From assembly GCA_964016885.1 (NCBI GenBank), contig CAXHJY010000096.1, positions 682,001 through 746,000 on the forward strand: a stretch of 64,000 nt of DNA. Direction: 5' to 3'. Positions 49,870 to 61,900 of the stretch are shown here, one piece after another. The translations under genes and the position numbers were made by a program. Each line of letters begins with the position of its first letter. The stretch's first letter is position 1. This DNA comes from Eledone cirrhosa. Taxonomy: Eukaryota. The notes under the pieces are model-generated. The model did no database searches. It was given only the letters and a program-made list of their open reading frames with translations, and had not been told where the DNA came from.

Positions 49870-52800
49870 AGGGGGAGATAATTTGTAAAAAAAAATCAGG
49901 GGGAGATAATTTGTAAAAAAAATCAAGGGGAGATAATTTCCAGCCGTCCAAGGGAAGATAATTTCCAGCCCTCCAAGGGGCTATAATTTCCAGCGTCCAA
50001 GGGGAGATAATTTCCAGCCAGCGAAGGGGAGATAATTTTTTTTAAAAAATCATTGGGAGATTTGTAAAAAAAATCAGGGGGAGATAATTTGTAAAAAAAA
50101 TCAAGGGGAGATAATTTCCAGCCGTCCAAGGGGAGGTAATATCTAGCCGTCCAAGGGGAGATAATTTCCAGCCGTCCAAGGGGAGATAATTTCCAGCCGT
50201 CCAAGGGTAGATAATATCCAGCCGTCCAAGGACATATTTTCCAGCCGTCCAAGGAGAGGTAATTTCTAGCCGTCCAAGGGGAGATAAATTCCAGCCTCCA
50301 AGGTGAGATAATTTCCAGCCAGCCAAGGGGAGATAATTTGTAAAAAAATCAGGGGGAGATAATTTGTAAAAAAAATCAGGGGGAGATAATTTGTAAAAAA
50401 AAATCAGGGGGAGATAATTTGTAAAAAAAAATCAGGGGGAGATAATTTGTAAAAAAAAATCAGGGGGAGATAATTTGTAAAAAAATCAAGGGGAGATAAT
50501 TTCCAGCCGTCCAAGGGGAGATAATTTTCAGCCGTCCAAGGGGAGATAATTTCCCGCCAGCCAAGGGAAGATAATATTTGAAAAAATCAGGCGGAGATAA
50601 TTTGTAAAAAAAATCAGGGGGAGATAATTTGTAAAAAAATCAGGGGGAGATAATTTGTAAAAAAAAAATCAGGGGGAGATAATTTGTAAAAAGAATCAGG
50701 GGGAGATAATTTGTAAAAAAAAATCAGGGGTAGATAAATTGTAAAAAAAAATCAGGGGGAGATAATTTGTAAAAAAAATCAGGGGGAGATAATTTGTAAA
50801 AAAAATGAAAGGGGAGATAATATCCAGCCGTCCAAGGGGAGATAATTTCCAGCCGTCCAAGGGGAGATAATTTCCAGCCGTCCAAGGGGAGATAATTTCC
50901 ATCCTTCCAAGGGGATATAATTTCCAGCCGTCCAAGGGGAGATAATTTCCCGCCAGCCAAGGGAAGATAATTTTTAAAAAAATCAGGCGGAGATTGTAAA
51001 AAAAATCAGGGGGGAGATAATTTGTAAAAAAATCAGGGGGAGATAATTTGTAAAAAAAAATCAGGGGGAGATAATTTGTAAAAAATAATCAGGGGGAGAT
51101 AATTTGTAAAAAAAAATCAAGGGGAGATAATTTCCAGCCGTCCAAGGGGAGATAATTTCCCGCCAGCCAAGGGAAGATAATATTTAAAAAAATTAGGCGG
51201 AGATAATTTGTAAAAAAAATCAGGGGGAGATAATTTGTAAAAAAATCAGGGGGAGATAATTTGTAAAAAAAATCAGGGGGAGATAATTTGTAAAAAAATT
51301 CATGGGGAGATAATTTGTAAAAAAAAATCAGGGGTAGATAATTTGTAAAAAAAAATCAGGGGGAGATAATTTGTAAAAAAAAAATCAGGGGGAGATAATT
51401 TGTAAAAAAAAATCAGGGGGAGATAATTTGTAAAAAAAATCAAGGGGAGATAATTTCCAGCCGTCCAAGGGAAGATAATTTCCAGCCCTCCAAGGGGCTA
51501 TAATTTCCAGCGTCCAAGGGGAGATAATTTCCAGCCAGCGAAGGGGAGATAATTTTTTTTAAAAAATCATTGGGAGATTTGTAAAAAAAATCAGGGGGAG
51601 ATAATTTGTAAAAAAAATCAAGGGGAGATAATTTCCAGCCGTCCAAGGGGAGGTAATATCTAGCCGTCCAAGGGGAGATAATTTCCAGCCGTCCAAGGGG
51701 AGATAATTTCCAGCCGTCCAAGGGTAGATAATATCCAGCCGTCCAAGGACATATTTTCCAGCCGTCCAAGGAGAGGTAATTTCTAGCCGTCCAAGGGGAG
51801 ATAAATTCCAGCCTCCAAGGTGAGATAATTTCCAGCCAGCCAAGGGGAGATAATTTGTAAAAAAATCAGGGGGAGATAATTTGTAAAAAAAATCAGGGGG
51901 AGATAATTTGTAAAAAAAAATCAGGGGGAGATAATTTGTAAAAAAAAATCAGGGGGAGATAATTTGTAAAAAAAAATCAGGGGGAGATAATTTGTAAAAA
52001 AATCAAGGGGAGATAATTTCCAGCCGTCCAAGGGGAGATAATTTTCAGCCGTCCAAGGGGAGATAATTTCCCGCCAGCCAAGGGAAGATAATATTTGAAA
52101 AAATCAGGCGGAGATAATTTGTAAAAAAAATCAGGGGGAGATAATTTGTAAAAAAATCAGGGGGAGATAATTTGTAAAAAAAAAATCAGGGGGAGATAAT
52201 TTGTAAAAAGAATCAGGGGGAGATAATTTGTAAAAAAAAATCAGGGGTAGATAAATTGTAAAAAAAAATCAGGGGGAGATAATTTGTAAAAAAAATCAGG
52301 GGGAGATAATTTGTAAAAAAAATGAAAGGGGAGATAATATCCAGCCGTCCAAGGGGAGATAATTTCCAGCCGTCCAAGGGGAGATAATTTCCAGCCGTCC
52401 AAGGGGAGATAATTTCCATCCTTCCAAGGGGATATAATTTCCAGCCGTCCAAGGGGAGATAATTTCCCGCCAGCCAAGGGAAGATAATTTTTAAAAAAAT
52501 CAGGCGGAGATTGTAAAAAAAATCAGGGGGGAGATAATTTGTAAAAAAATCAGGGGGAGATAATTTGTAAAAAAAAATCAGGGGGAGATAATTTGTAAAA
52601 AATAATCAGGGGGAGATAATTTGTAAAAAAAAATCAAGGGGAGATAATTTCCAGCCGTCCAAGGGGAGATAATTTCCCGCCAGCCAAGGGAAGATAATAT
52701 TTAAAAAAATTAGGCGGAGATAATTTGTAAAAAAAATCAGGGGGAGATAATTTGTAAAAAAATCAGGGGGAGATAATTTGTAAAAAAAATCAGGGGGAGA

Positions 52801-52905
52801 TAATTTGTAAAAAAATTCATGGGGAGATAATTTGTAAAAAAAAATCAGGGGTAGATAATTTGTAAAAAAAAATCAGGGGGAGATAATTTGTAAAAAAAAA
52901 ATCAG
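49870..52905. repeat. 1,517-bp tandem duplication
   Basis: ORF pairs 49923/51440 and 50696/52213. TTCATGGGG at 51301/52818. Confidence 0.93.
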
Positions 52906-55900
52906 GGGGAGATAATTTGTAAAAAAAATCAAGGGGAGATAATTTCCAGCCGTCCAAGGGGAGATAATTTTCAGTCGTCCAAGGAGAGGTAATTTCTAGC
53001 CGTCCAAGGGGAGATAATTTCCAGCCGTCCAAGGGGAGATAATTTCCAGCCGTCCAAGGGGAGATAATTTTTTTTAAAAAATCAGGCGGAGATAATTTGT
53101 AAAAAAAATCAGGGGGAGATAATTTGTAAACAAAATCAGGGGGAGATAATTTGTAAAAAAAAATCAGGGGGAGATAATTTGTAAAAAAAATTAGGCGTAG
53201 ATAATTTTTAAAAAAAAATCAGGGGGAGATAATTTGTAAAAAAAAATCAGGGGGAGATAATTTGTTTAAAAAATCAAGGGGAGATAATTTGCAGCCGTCC
53301 AAGGGGAGATAATTTTCAGCCGTCCAAGGAGAGGTAATTTCTAGCCGTTCAAGGGGAGATAATTTCCAGCCGTCCAAGGGGAGATAATTTCCAGCCGTCC
53401 AAGGGGAGATAATTTTTTTTAAAAAATCAGGCGGAGATAATTTGTAAAAAAAAATCAGGGGGAGATAATTCGTAAAAAAAAATCAGGGGGAGATAATTTG
53501 TAAAAAAAAATCAGGGGGAGATAATTTGTAAAAAAAATCAAGGGGAGATAATTTCCAGCCGTCCAAGGGGAGGTAATATCTAGCCGTCCAAGGGGAGATA
53601 ATTTCCAGCCGTCCAAGGGGAGATAATTTCCAGCCGTCCAAGGGGAGATAATTTCCAGCCGTCCAAGGAGACATATTTTCCAGCCGTCCAAGGCGAGGTA
53701 ATTTCTAGCCGTCCAAGGGGAGATTAATTCCAGCCTCCAAGGGGAGATAATTTCCAGCCAGCCAAGGGGAGATAATTTGTAAAAAAATCAGGGGGAGATA
53801 ATTTGTAAAAAATATCAGGGAGATAATTTGTAAAAAAAAATCAGGGGGAGATAATTTGTAAAAAAAATCAGGGGGAGATAATTTGTAAAAAAAAATCAGG
53901 GGGAGATAATTTGTAAAAAAAATCAAGGGGAGATAATTTCCAGCCGTCCAAGGGGAGATAATTTTCAGCCGTCCAAGGAGAGGTAATTTCTAACCGTCCG
54001 AGGAGAGATAATTTCCAGCCGTCCAAGGGGAGATAATTTCCAGCCGTCCAAGGGGAGATAATTTCCAGCCGTCCAAGGAGACATATTTTCCAGCCGTCCA
54101 AGGAGAGGTAAATTCTAGCCGTCCAAGGGGAGATAAATTCCAGCCTCCAAGGGGAGATAATTTCCAGCCAGCCAAGGGGAGATAATTTGTAAAAAAATCA
54201 GGGGGAGATAATTTGCAAAAAAAATCAGGGGGAGATAATTTGTAAAAAAAATCAGGGGGAGATAATTTGTAAAAAATAATCAGGGGGAGATAATTTCCAG
54301 CCCTCCAAGGGGCTATAATTTCCAGTGTCCAAGGGGAGATAATTTCCAGCCAGCGAAGGGGAGATAATTTTTTTTTAAAAATCATTGGGAGATTTGTAAA
54401 AAAAATCAGGGGGAGATAATTTGTAAAAAAAATCAAGGGGAGATAATTTCCAGCCGTCCAAGAGGAGGTAATATCTAGCCGTCCAAGGGTAGATAATTTC
54501 CAGCCGTCCAACGGGAGATAATTTCCAGCCGTCCAAGGGTAGATAATATCCAGCCGCCCAAGGACATATTTTCCAGCCGTCCAAGGAGAGGTAATTTCTA
54601 GCCGTCCAAGGGGAGATAATTTCCAGCCGTCCAAGGGTAGATAATATCCATCCGTCCAAGGACATATTTTCCAGCCGTCCAAGGAGAGGTAATTTCTAGC
54701 CGTCCAAGGGGAGATAAATTCCAGCCTCCAAGGGGAGATAATTTCCAGCCAGCCAAGGGGAGATAATTTGTAAAAAAATCAGGGGGAGATAATTTGTAAA
54801 AAAAATCAGGGGGAGATAATTTGTAAAAAAAAATCAGGGGGAGATAATTTGTAAAAAAAAATCAGGGTGAGATAATTTGCAAAAAAAATCAGGGGGAGAT
54901 AATTTGTAAAAAAAAATCAGGGGGAGATAATTTGTAAAAAAAATCAAGGGGAGATAATTTCCAGCCGTCCAAGGAGAGATAATTTAAAAAAAAATCAGGC
55001 GGAGATAATTTGTAAAAAAAAATCAGGGGGAGATAATTTGTAAAAAAAATCAGGGGGAGATAATTTGTAAAAAAAAATCAGGGGTAGATAATTTGTAAAA
55101 AAAAATCAGGGGGAGATAATTTGTAAAAAAAAATCAGGAGGAGATAATTTGTAAAAAAAATCAAGGGGAGATAATTTCCAGCCGTCCAAGGAGAGATAAT
55201 TTAAAAAAAAATCAGGCGGAGATAATTTGTAAAAAAAAATCAGGGGGAGATAATTTGTAAAAAAAAATCAGGGGGAGATAATTTGTAAAAAAAATCAAGG
55301 GGAGATAATTTCCAGCCGTCCAAGGGGAGATAATTTTCAGCCGTCCAAGGGGAGATAATTTCCCGCCAGCCAAGGGAAGATAATATTCAAAAAAATCAGG
55401 CGGAGATAATTTGTAAAAAAAATCAGGGGGAGATAATTTGTAAAAAAATCAGGGGGAGATAATTTGTAAAAAAAAAAATCAGGGGGAGATAATTTGTAAA
55501 AAAAAATCAGGGGGAGATAATTTGTAAAAAAAATCAGGGGTAGATAATTTGTAAAAAAAAATCAGGGGGAGATAATTTGTAAAAAAAAATCAGGGGGAGA
55601 TAATTTGTAAAAAAAATGAAAGGGGAGATAATATCCAGCCGTCCAAGGGGAGATAATTTCCAGCCGTCCAAGGGGAGATAATTTCCAGCCGTCCAAGGGG
55701 AGATAATTTCCATCCTTCCAAGGGGATATAATTTCCAGCCGTCCAAGGGGAGATAATTTCCATCCTTCCAAGGGGATATAATTTCCAGCCGTCCAAGGGG
55801 AGATAATTTTCAGCCGTCCAAGGAGAGGTAATTTCTAGCCGTCCAAGGAGAGATAATTTCCAGCCGTCCAAGGGGAGATAATTTCCAGCCGTCCAAGGGG

Positions 55901-58900
55901 AGATAATTTCCAGCCGTCCAAGGAGACATATTTTCCAGCCGTCCAAGGAGAGGTAATTCCTAGCCGTCCAAGGGGAGATAAATTCCAGCCTCCAAGGGGA
56001 GATAATTTCCAGCCAGCCAAGGGGAGATAATTTGTAAAAAAAATCAGGGGGAGATAATTTGTAAAAAAAATCAGGGGGAGATAATTTGTAAAAAAAAATC
56101 AGGGGTAGATAATTTGTAAAAAATAATCAGGGGGAGATAATTTGTAAAAAAAATCAAGGGGAGATAATTTCCAGCCGTCCAAGGGGAGATAATTTTCAGC
56201 CGTCCAAGGGGAGATAATTTCCCGCCAGCCAAGGGAAGATAATATTTAAAAAAATTAGGCGGAGATAATTTGTAAAAAAAATCAGGGGGAGATAATTTGT
56301 AAAAAAATCAGGGGGAGATAATTTGTAAAAAAAATCAGGGGGAGATAATTTGTAAAAAAAATCAGGGGGAGATAATTTGTAAAAAAAAATCAGGGGGAGA
56401 TAATTTGTAAAAAAAATCAAGGGGAGATAATTTCCAGCCGTCCAAGGGAAGATAATTTCCAGCCCTCCAAGGGGCTATAATTTCCAGCGTCCAAGGGGAG
56501 ATAATTTCCAGCCAGCGAAGGGGAGATAATTTTTTTTAAAAAATCATTGGGAGATTTGTAAAAAAAATCAGGGGGAGATAATTTGTAAAAAAAATCAAGG
56601 GGAGATAATTTCCAGCCGTCCAAGGGGAGGTAATATCTAGCCGTCCAAGGGGAGATAATTTCCAGCCGTCCAAGGGGAGATAATTTCCAGCCGTCCAAGG
56701 GTAGATAATATCCAGCCGTCCAAGGACATATTTTCCAGCCGTCCAAGGAGAGGTAATTTCTAGCCGTCCAAGGGGAGATAAATTCCAGCCTCCAAGGTGA
56801 GATAATTTCCAGCCAGCCAAGGGGAGATAATTTGTAAAAAAATCAGGGGGAGATAATTTGTAAAAAAAATCAGGGGGAGATAATTTGTAAAAAAAAATCA
56901 GGGGGAGATAATTTGTAAAAAAAAATCAGGGGGAGATAATTTGTAAAAAAAAATCAGGGGGAGATAATTTGTAAAAAAATCAAGGGGAGATAATTTCCAG
57001 CCGTCCAAGGGGAGATAATTTTCAGCCGTCCAAGGGGAGATAATTTCCCGCCAGCCAAGGGAAGATAATATTTGAAAAAATCAGGCGGAGATAATTTGTA
57101 AAAAAAATCAGGGGGAGATAATTTGTAAAAAAATCAGGGGGAGATAATTTGTAAAAAAAAAATCAGGGGGAGATAATTTGTAAAAAGAATCAGGGGGAGA
57201 TAATTTGTAAAAAAAAATCAGGGGTAGATAAATTGTAAAAAAAAATCAGGGGGAGATAATTTGTAAAAAAAATCAGGGGGAGATAATTTGTAAAAAAAAT
57301 GAAAGGGGAGATAATATCCAGCCGTCCAAGGGGAGATAATTTCCAGCCGTCCAAGGGGAGATAATTTCCAGCCGTCCAAGGGGAGATAATTTCCATCCTT
57401 CCAAGGGGATATAATTTCCAGCCGTCCAAGGGGAGATAATTTCCCGCCAGCCAAGGGAAGATAATTTTTAAAAAAATCAGGCGGAGATTGTAAAAAAAAT
57501 CAGGGGGGAGATAATTTGTAAAAAAATCAGGGGGAGATAATTTGTAAAAAAAAATCAGGGGGAGATAATTTGTAAAAAATAATCAGGGGGAGATAATTTG
57601 TAAAAAAAAATCAAGGGGAGATAATTTCCAGCCGTCCAAGGGGAGATAATTTTCCGCCAGCCAAGGGAAGATAATATTTAAAAAAATTAGGCGGAGATAA
57701 TTTGTAAAAAAAATCAGGGGGAGATAATTTGTAAAAAAATCAGGGGGAGATAATTTGTAAAAAAAATCAGGGGGAGATAATTTGTAAAAAAATTCATGGG
57801 GAGATAATTTGTAAAAAAAAATCAGGGGTAGATAATTTGTAAAAAAAATCAGGGGGAGATAATTTGTAAAAAAAAATCAGGGGGAGATAATTTGTAAAAA
57901 AAATCAAGGGGAGATAATTTCCAGCCGTCCAAGGGGAGATAATTTTCAGCCGTCCAAGGAGAGGTAATTTCTAGCCGTCCAAGGGGAGATAATTTCCAGC
58001 CGTCCAAGGGGAGGTAATTTCCAGCCGTCCAAGGGGAGATAATTTAAAAAAAAAAATCAGGCGGAGATAATTTGTAAAAAAAATCAAGGGGAGATAATTT
58101 GCAGCCGTCCAAGGGGAGATAATTTTCAGTCGTCCAAGGAGAGGTAATTTCTAGCCGTCCAAGGGGAGATAATTGCCAGCCGTCCAAGGGGAGATAATTT
58201 CCAGCCGTCCAAGGGGAGATAATTTTTTTTAAAAAATCAGGCGGAGATAATTTGTAAAAAAAATCAGGGGGAGATAATTTGTAAACAAAATCAGGGGGAG
58301 ATAATTTGTAAAAAAAAATCAGGGGGAGATAATTTGTAAAAAAAATCATGGAGAGATAATTTCCAGCCGTCCAAGGTGAGATAATTTCCAGCCGTCCAAG
58401 GAGACATATTTTCCAGCCGTCCAAGGCGAGGTAATTTCTAGCCGTCCAAGGGTAGATAAATTCCAGCCTCCAAGGGGAGATAATTTCCAGCCAGCCAAGT
58501 GGAGATAATTTGTAAAAAAATCAGGGGGAGATAATTTGTAAAAAATATCAGGGAGATAATTTGTAAAAAAAAATCAGGGGGAGATAATTTGTAAAAAAAA
58601 TCAGGGGGAGATAATTTGTAAAAAAAAATCAGGGGGAGATAATTTGTAAAAAAAATCAAGGGGAGATAATTTCCAGCCGTCCAAGGGGAGATAATTTTCA
58701 GCCGTCCAAGGGGAGATAATTTCCCGCCAGCCAAGGGAAGATAATATTTAAAAAAATCAGGCGGAGATAATTTGTAAAAAAAATCAGGGGGAGATAATTT
58801 GTAAAAAAATCAGGGGGAGATAATTTGTAAAAAAAAAATCAGGGGGAGATAATTTGTAAAAAAAATCAGGGGGAGATAATTTGTAAAAAAAAATCAGGGG

Positions 58901-61900
58901 TAGATAATTTGTAAACAAAAATCAGGGGGAGATAATTTGTAAAAAAAAATCAGGGGGAGATAATTTGTAAAAAAAATGAAAGGGGAGATAATATCCAGCC
59001 GTCCAAGGGGAGATAATTTCCAGCCGTCCAAGGGGATATAATTTCCAGCCGTCCAAGGTGAGATAATTTCCATCCTTCCAAGGGGATATAATTTCCAGCC
59101 GTCCAAGGGGAGATAATTTCCCGCCAGCCAAGGGAAGATAATTTTTAAAAAAATCAGGCGGAGATTGTAAAAAAAATCAGGGGGGAGATAATTTGTAAAA
59201 AAATCAGGGGGAGATAATTTGTAAAAAATAATCAGGGGGAGATAATTTGTAAAAAAATTCAAGGGGAGATAATTTCCAGCCGTCCAAGGGGAGATAATTT
59301 CCCGCCAGCCAAGGGAAGATAATATTTAAAAAAATTAGGCGGAGATAATTTGTAAAAAAAATCAGGGGGAGATAATTTGTAAAAAAATCAGGGGGAGATA
59401 ATTTGTAAAAAAAATCAGGGGGAGATAATTTGTAAAAAAAATCATGGGGAGATAATTTGTAAAAAAAAATCAGGGGTAGATAATTTGTAAAAAAAAATCA
59501 GGGGGAGATAATTTGTAAAAAAAAATCAGGGGGAGATAATTTGTAAAAAAAATCAAGGGGAGATAATATCCAGCCGTCCAAGGAGAGATAATTTAAAAAA
59601 AAAATGAGGCGGAGATAATTTGTAAAAAAAAAATCAGGGGGAGTTAATTTGTAAAAAAAAATGAGGGGGAGATAATTTGTAAAAAAAATCAAGGGGAGAT
59701 AATTTCCAGCCGTCCAAGGGGAGATAATTTTCAGCCGTCCAAGGAGAGGTAATTTCTAGCCGTCCAAGGGGAGATAATTTCCAGCCGTCCAAGGGGAGGT
59801 AATTTCCAGCCGTCCAAGGGGAGATAATTTTTAAAAAAAAATCAGGCGGAGATAATTTGTAAAAAAAATCAAGGGGAGATAATTTGCAGCCGTCCAAGGG
59901 GAGATAATTTTCAGTCGTCCAAGGAGAGGTAATTTCTAGCCGTCCAAGGGGAGATAATTTCCAGCCGTCCAAGGGGAGATAATTTCCAGCCGTCCAAGGG
60001 GAGATAATTTTTTTTAAAAAATCAGGCGGAGATAATTTGTAAAAAAAATCAGGGGGAGATAATTTGTAAACAAAATCAGGGGGAGATAATTTGTAAAAAA
60101 AAATCAGGGGGAGATAATTTGTAAAAAAAATTAGGCGTAGATAATTTGTAAAAAAAAATCAGGGGGAGATAATTTGTAAAAAAAAATCAGGGGGAGATAA
60201 TTTGTTTAAAAAATCAAGGGGAGATAATTTGCAGCCGTCCAAGGGGAGATAATTTTCAGCCGTCCAAGGAGAGGTAATTTCTAGCCGTTCAAGGGGAGAT
60301 AATTTCCAGCCGTCCAAGGGGAGATAATTTCCAGCCGTCCAAGGGGAGATAATTTTTTTTAAAAAATCAGGCGGAGATAATTTGTAAAAAAAAATCAGGG
60401 GGAGATAATTCGTAAAAAAAAATCAGGGGGAGTTAATTTGTAAAAAAAAATCAGGGGGAGATAATTTGTAAAAAAAATCAAGGGGAGATAATTTCCAGCC
60501 GTCCAAGGGGAGGTAATATCTAGCCGTCCAAGGGGAGATAATTTCCAGCCGTCCAAGGGGAGATAATTTCCAGCCGTCCAAGGGGAGATAATTTCCAGCC
60601 GTCCAAGGAGACATATTTTCCAGCCGTCCAAGGCGAGGTAATTTCTAGCCGTCCAAGGGGAGATTAATTCCAGCCTCCAAGGGGAGATAATTTCCAGCCA
60701 GCCAAGGGGAGATAATTTGTAAAAAAATCAGGGGGAGATAATTTGTAAAAAATATCAGGGAGATAATTTGTAAAAAAAAATCAGGGGGAGATAATTTGTA
60801 AAAAAAATCAGGGGGAGATAATTTGTAAAAAAAAATCAGGGGGAGATAATTTGTAAAAAAAATCAAGGGGAGATAATTTCCAGCCGTCCAAGGGGAGATA
60901 ATTTTCAGCCGTCCAAGGAGAGGTAATTTCTAACCGTCCGAGGAGAGATAATTTCCAGCCGTCCAAGGGGAGATAATTTCCAGCCGTCCAAGGAGACATA
61001 TTTTCCAGCCGTCCAAGGAGAGGTAATTTCTAGCCGTCCAAGGGGAGATAAATTCCAGCCTCCAAGGGGAGATAATTTCCAGCCAGCCAAGGGGAGATAA
61101 TTTGTAAAAAAATCAGGGGGAGATAATTTGCAAAAAAAATCAGGGGGAGATAATTTGTAAAAAAAATCAGGGGGAGATAATTTGTAAAAAATAATCAGGG
61201 GGAGATAATTTCCAGCCGTCCAAGGGAAGATAATTTCCAGCCCTCCAAGGGGCTATAATTTCCAGTGTCCAAGGGGAGATAATTTCCAGCCAGAGAAGGG
61301 GAGATAATTTTTTTTAAAAAATCATTGGGAGATTTGTAAAAAAAATCAGGGGGAGATAATTTGCAAAAAAAATCAGGGGGAGATAATTTGTAAAAAAAAA
61401 TCAGGGGTAGATAATTTGTAAAAAAAAATCAGGGGGAGATAATTTGTAAAAAAAAATCAGGGGGAGATAATTTGTAAAAAAAATCAAGGGGAGATAATTT
61501 CCAGCCGTCCAAGGAGAGATAATTTTAAAAAAAATCAGGCGGAGATAATTTGTAAAAAAAAATCAGGGGGAGATAATTTGTAAAAAAAATCAGGGGGAGA
61601 TAATTTGTAAAAAAAAATCAGGGGTAGATAATTTGTAAAAAAAAATCAGGGGGAGATAATTTGTAAAAAAAAATCAGGGGGAGATAATTTGTAAAAAAAA
61701 TCAAGGGGAGATAATTTCCAGCCGTCCAAGGAGAGATAATTTTAAAAAAAATCAGGCGGAGATAATTTGTAAAAAAAAATTAGGGGGAGATAATTTGTAA
61801 AAAAAAATCAGGGGGAGATAATTTGTAAAAAAAATCAAGGGGAGATAATTTCCAGCCGTCCAAGGGGAGATAATTTTCAGCCGTCCAAGGGGAGATAATT

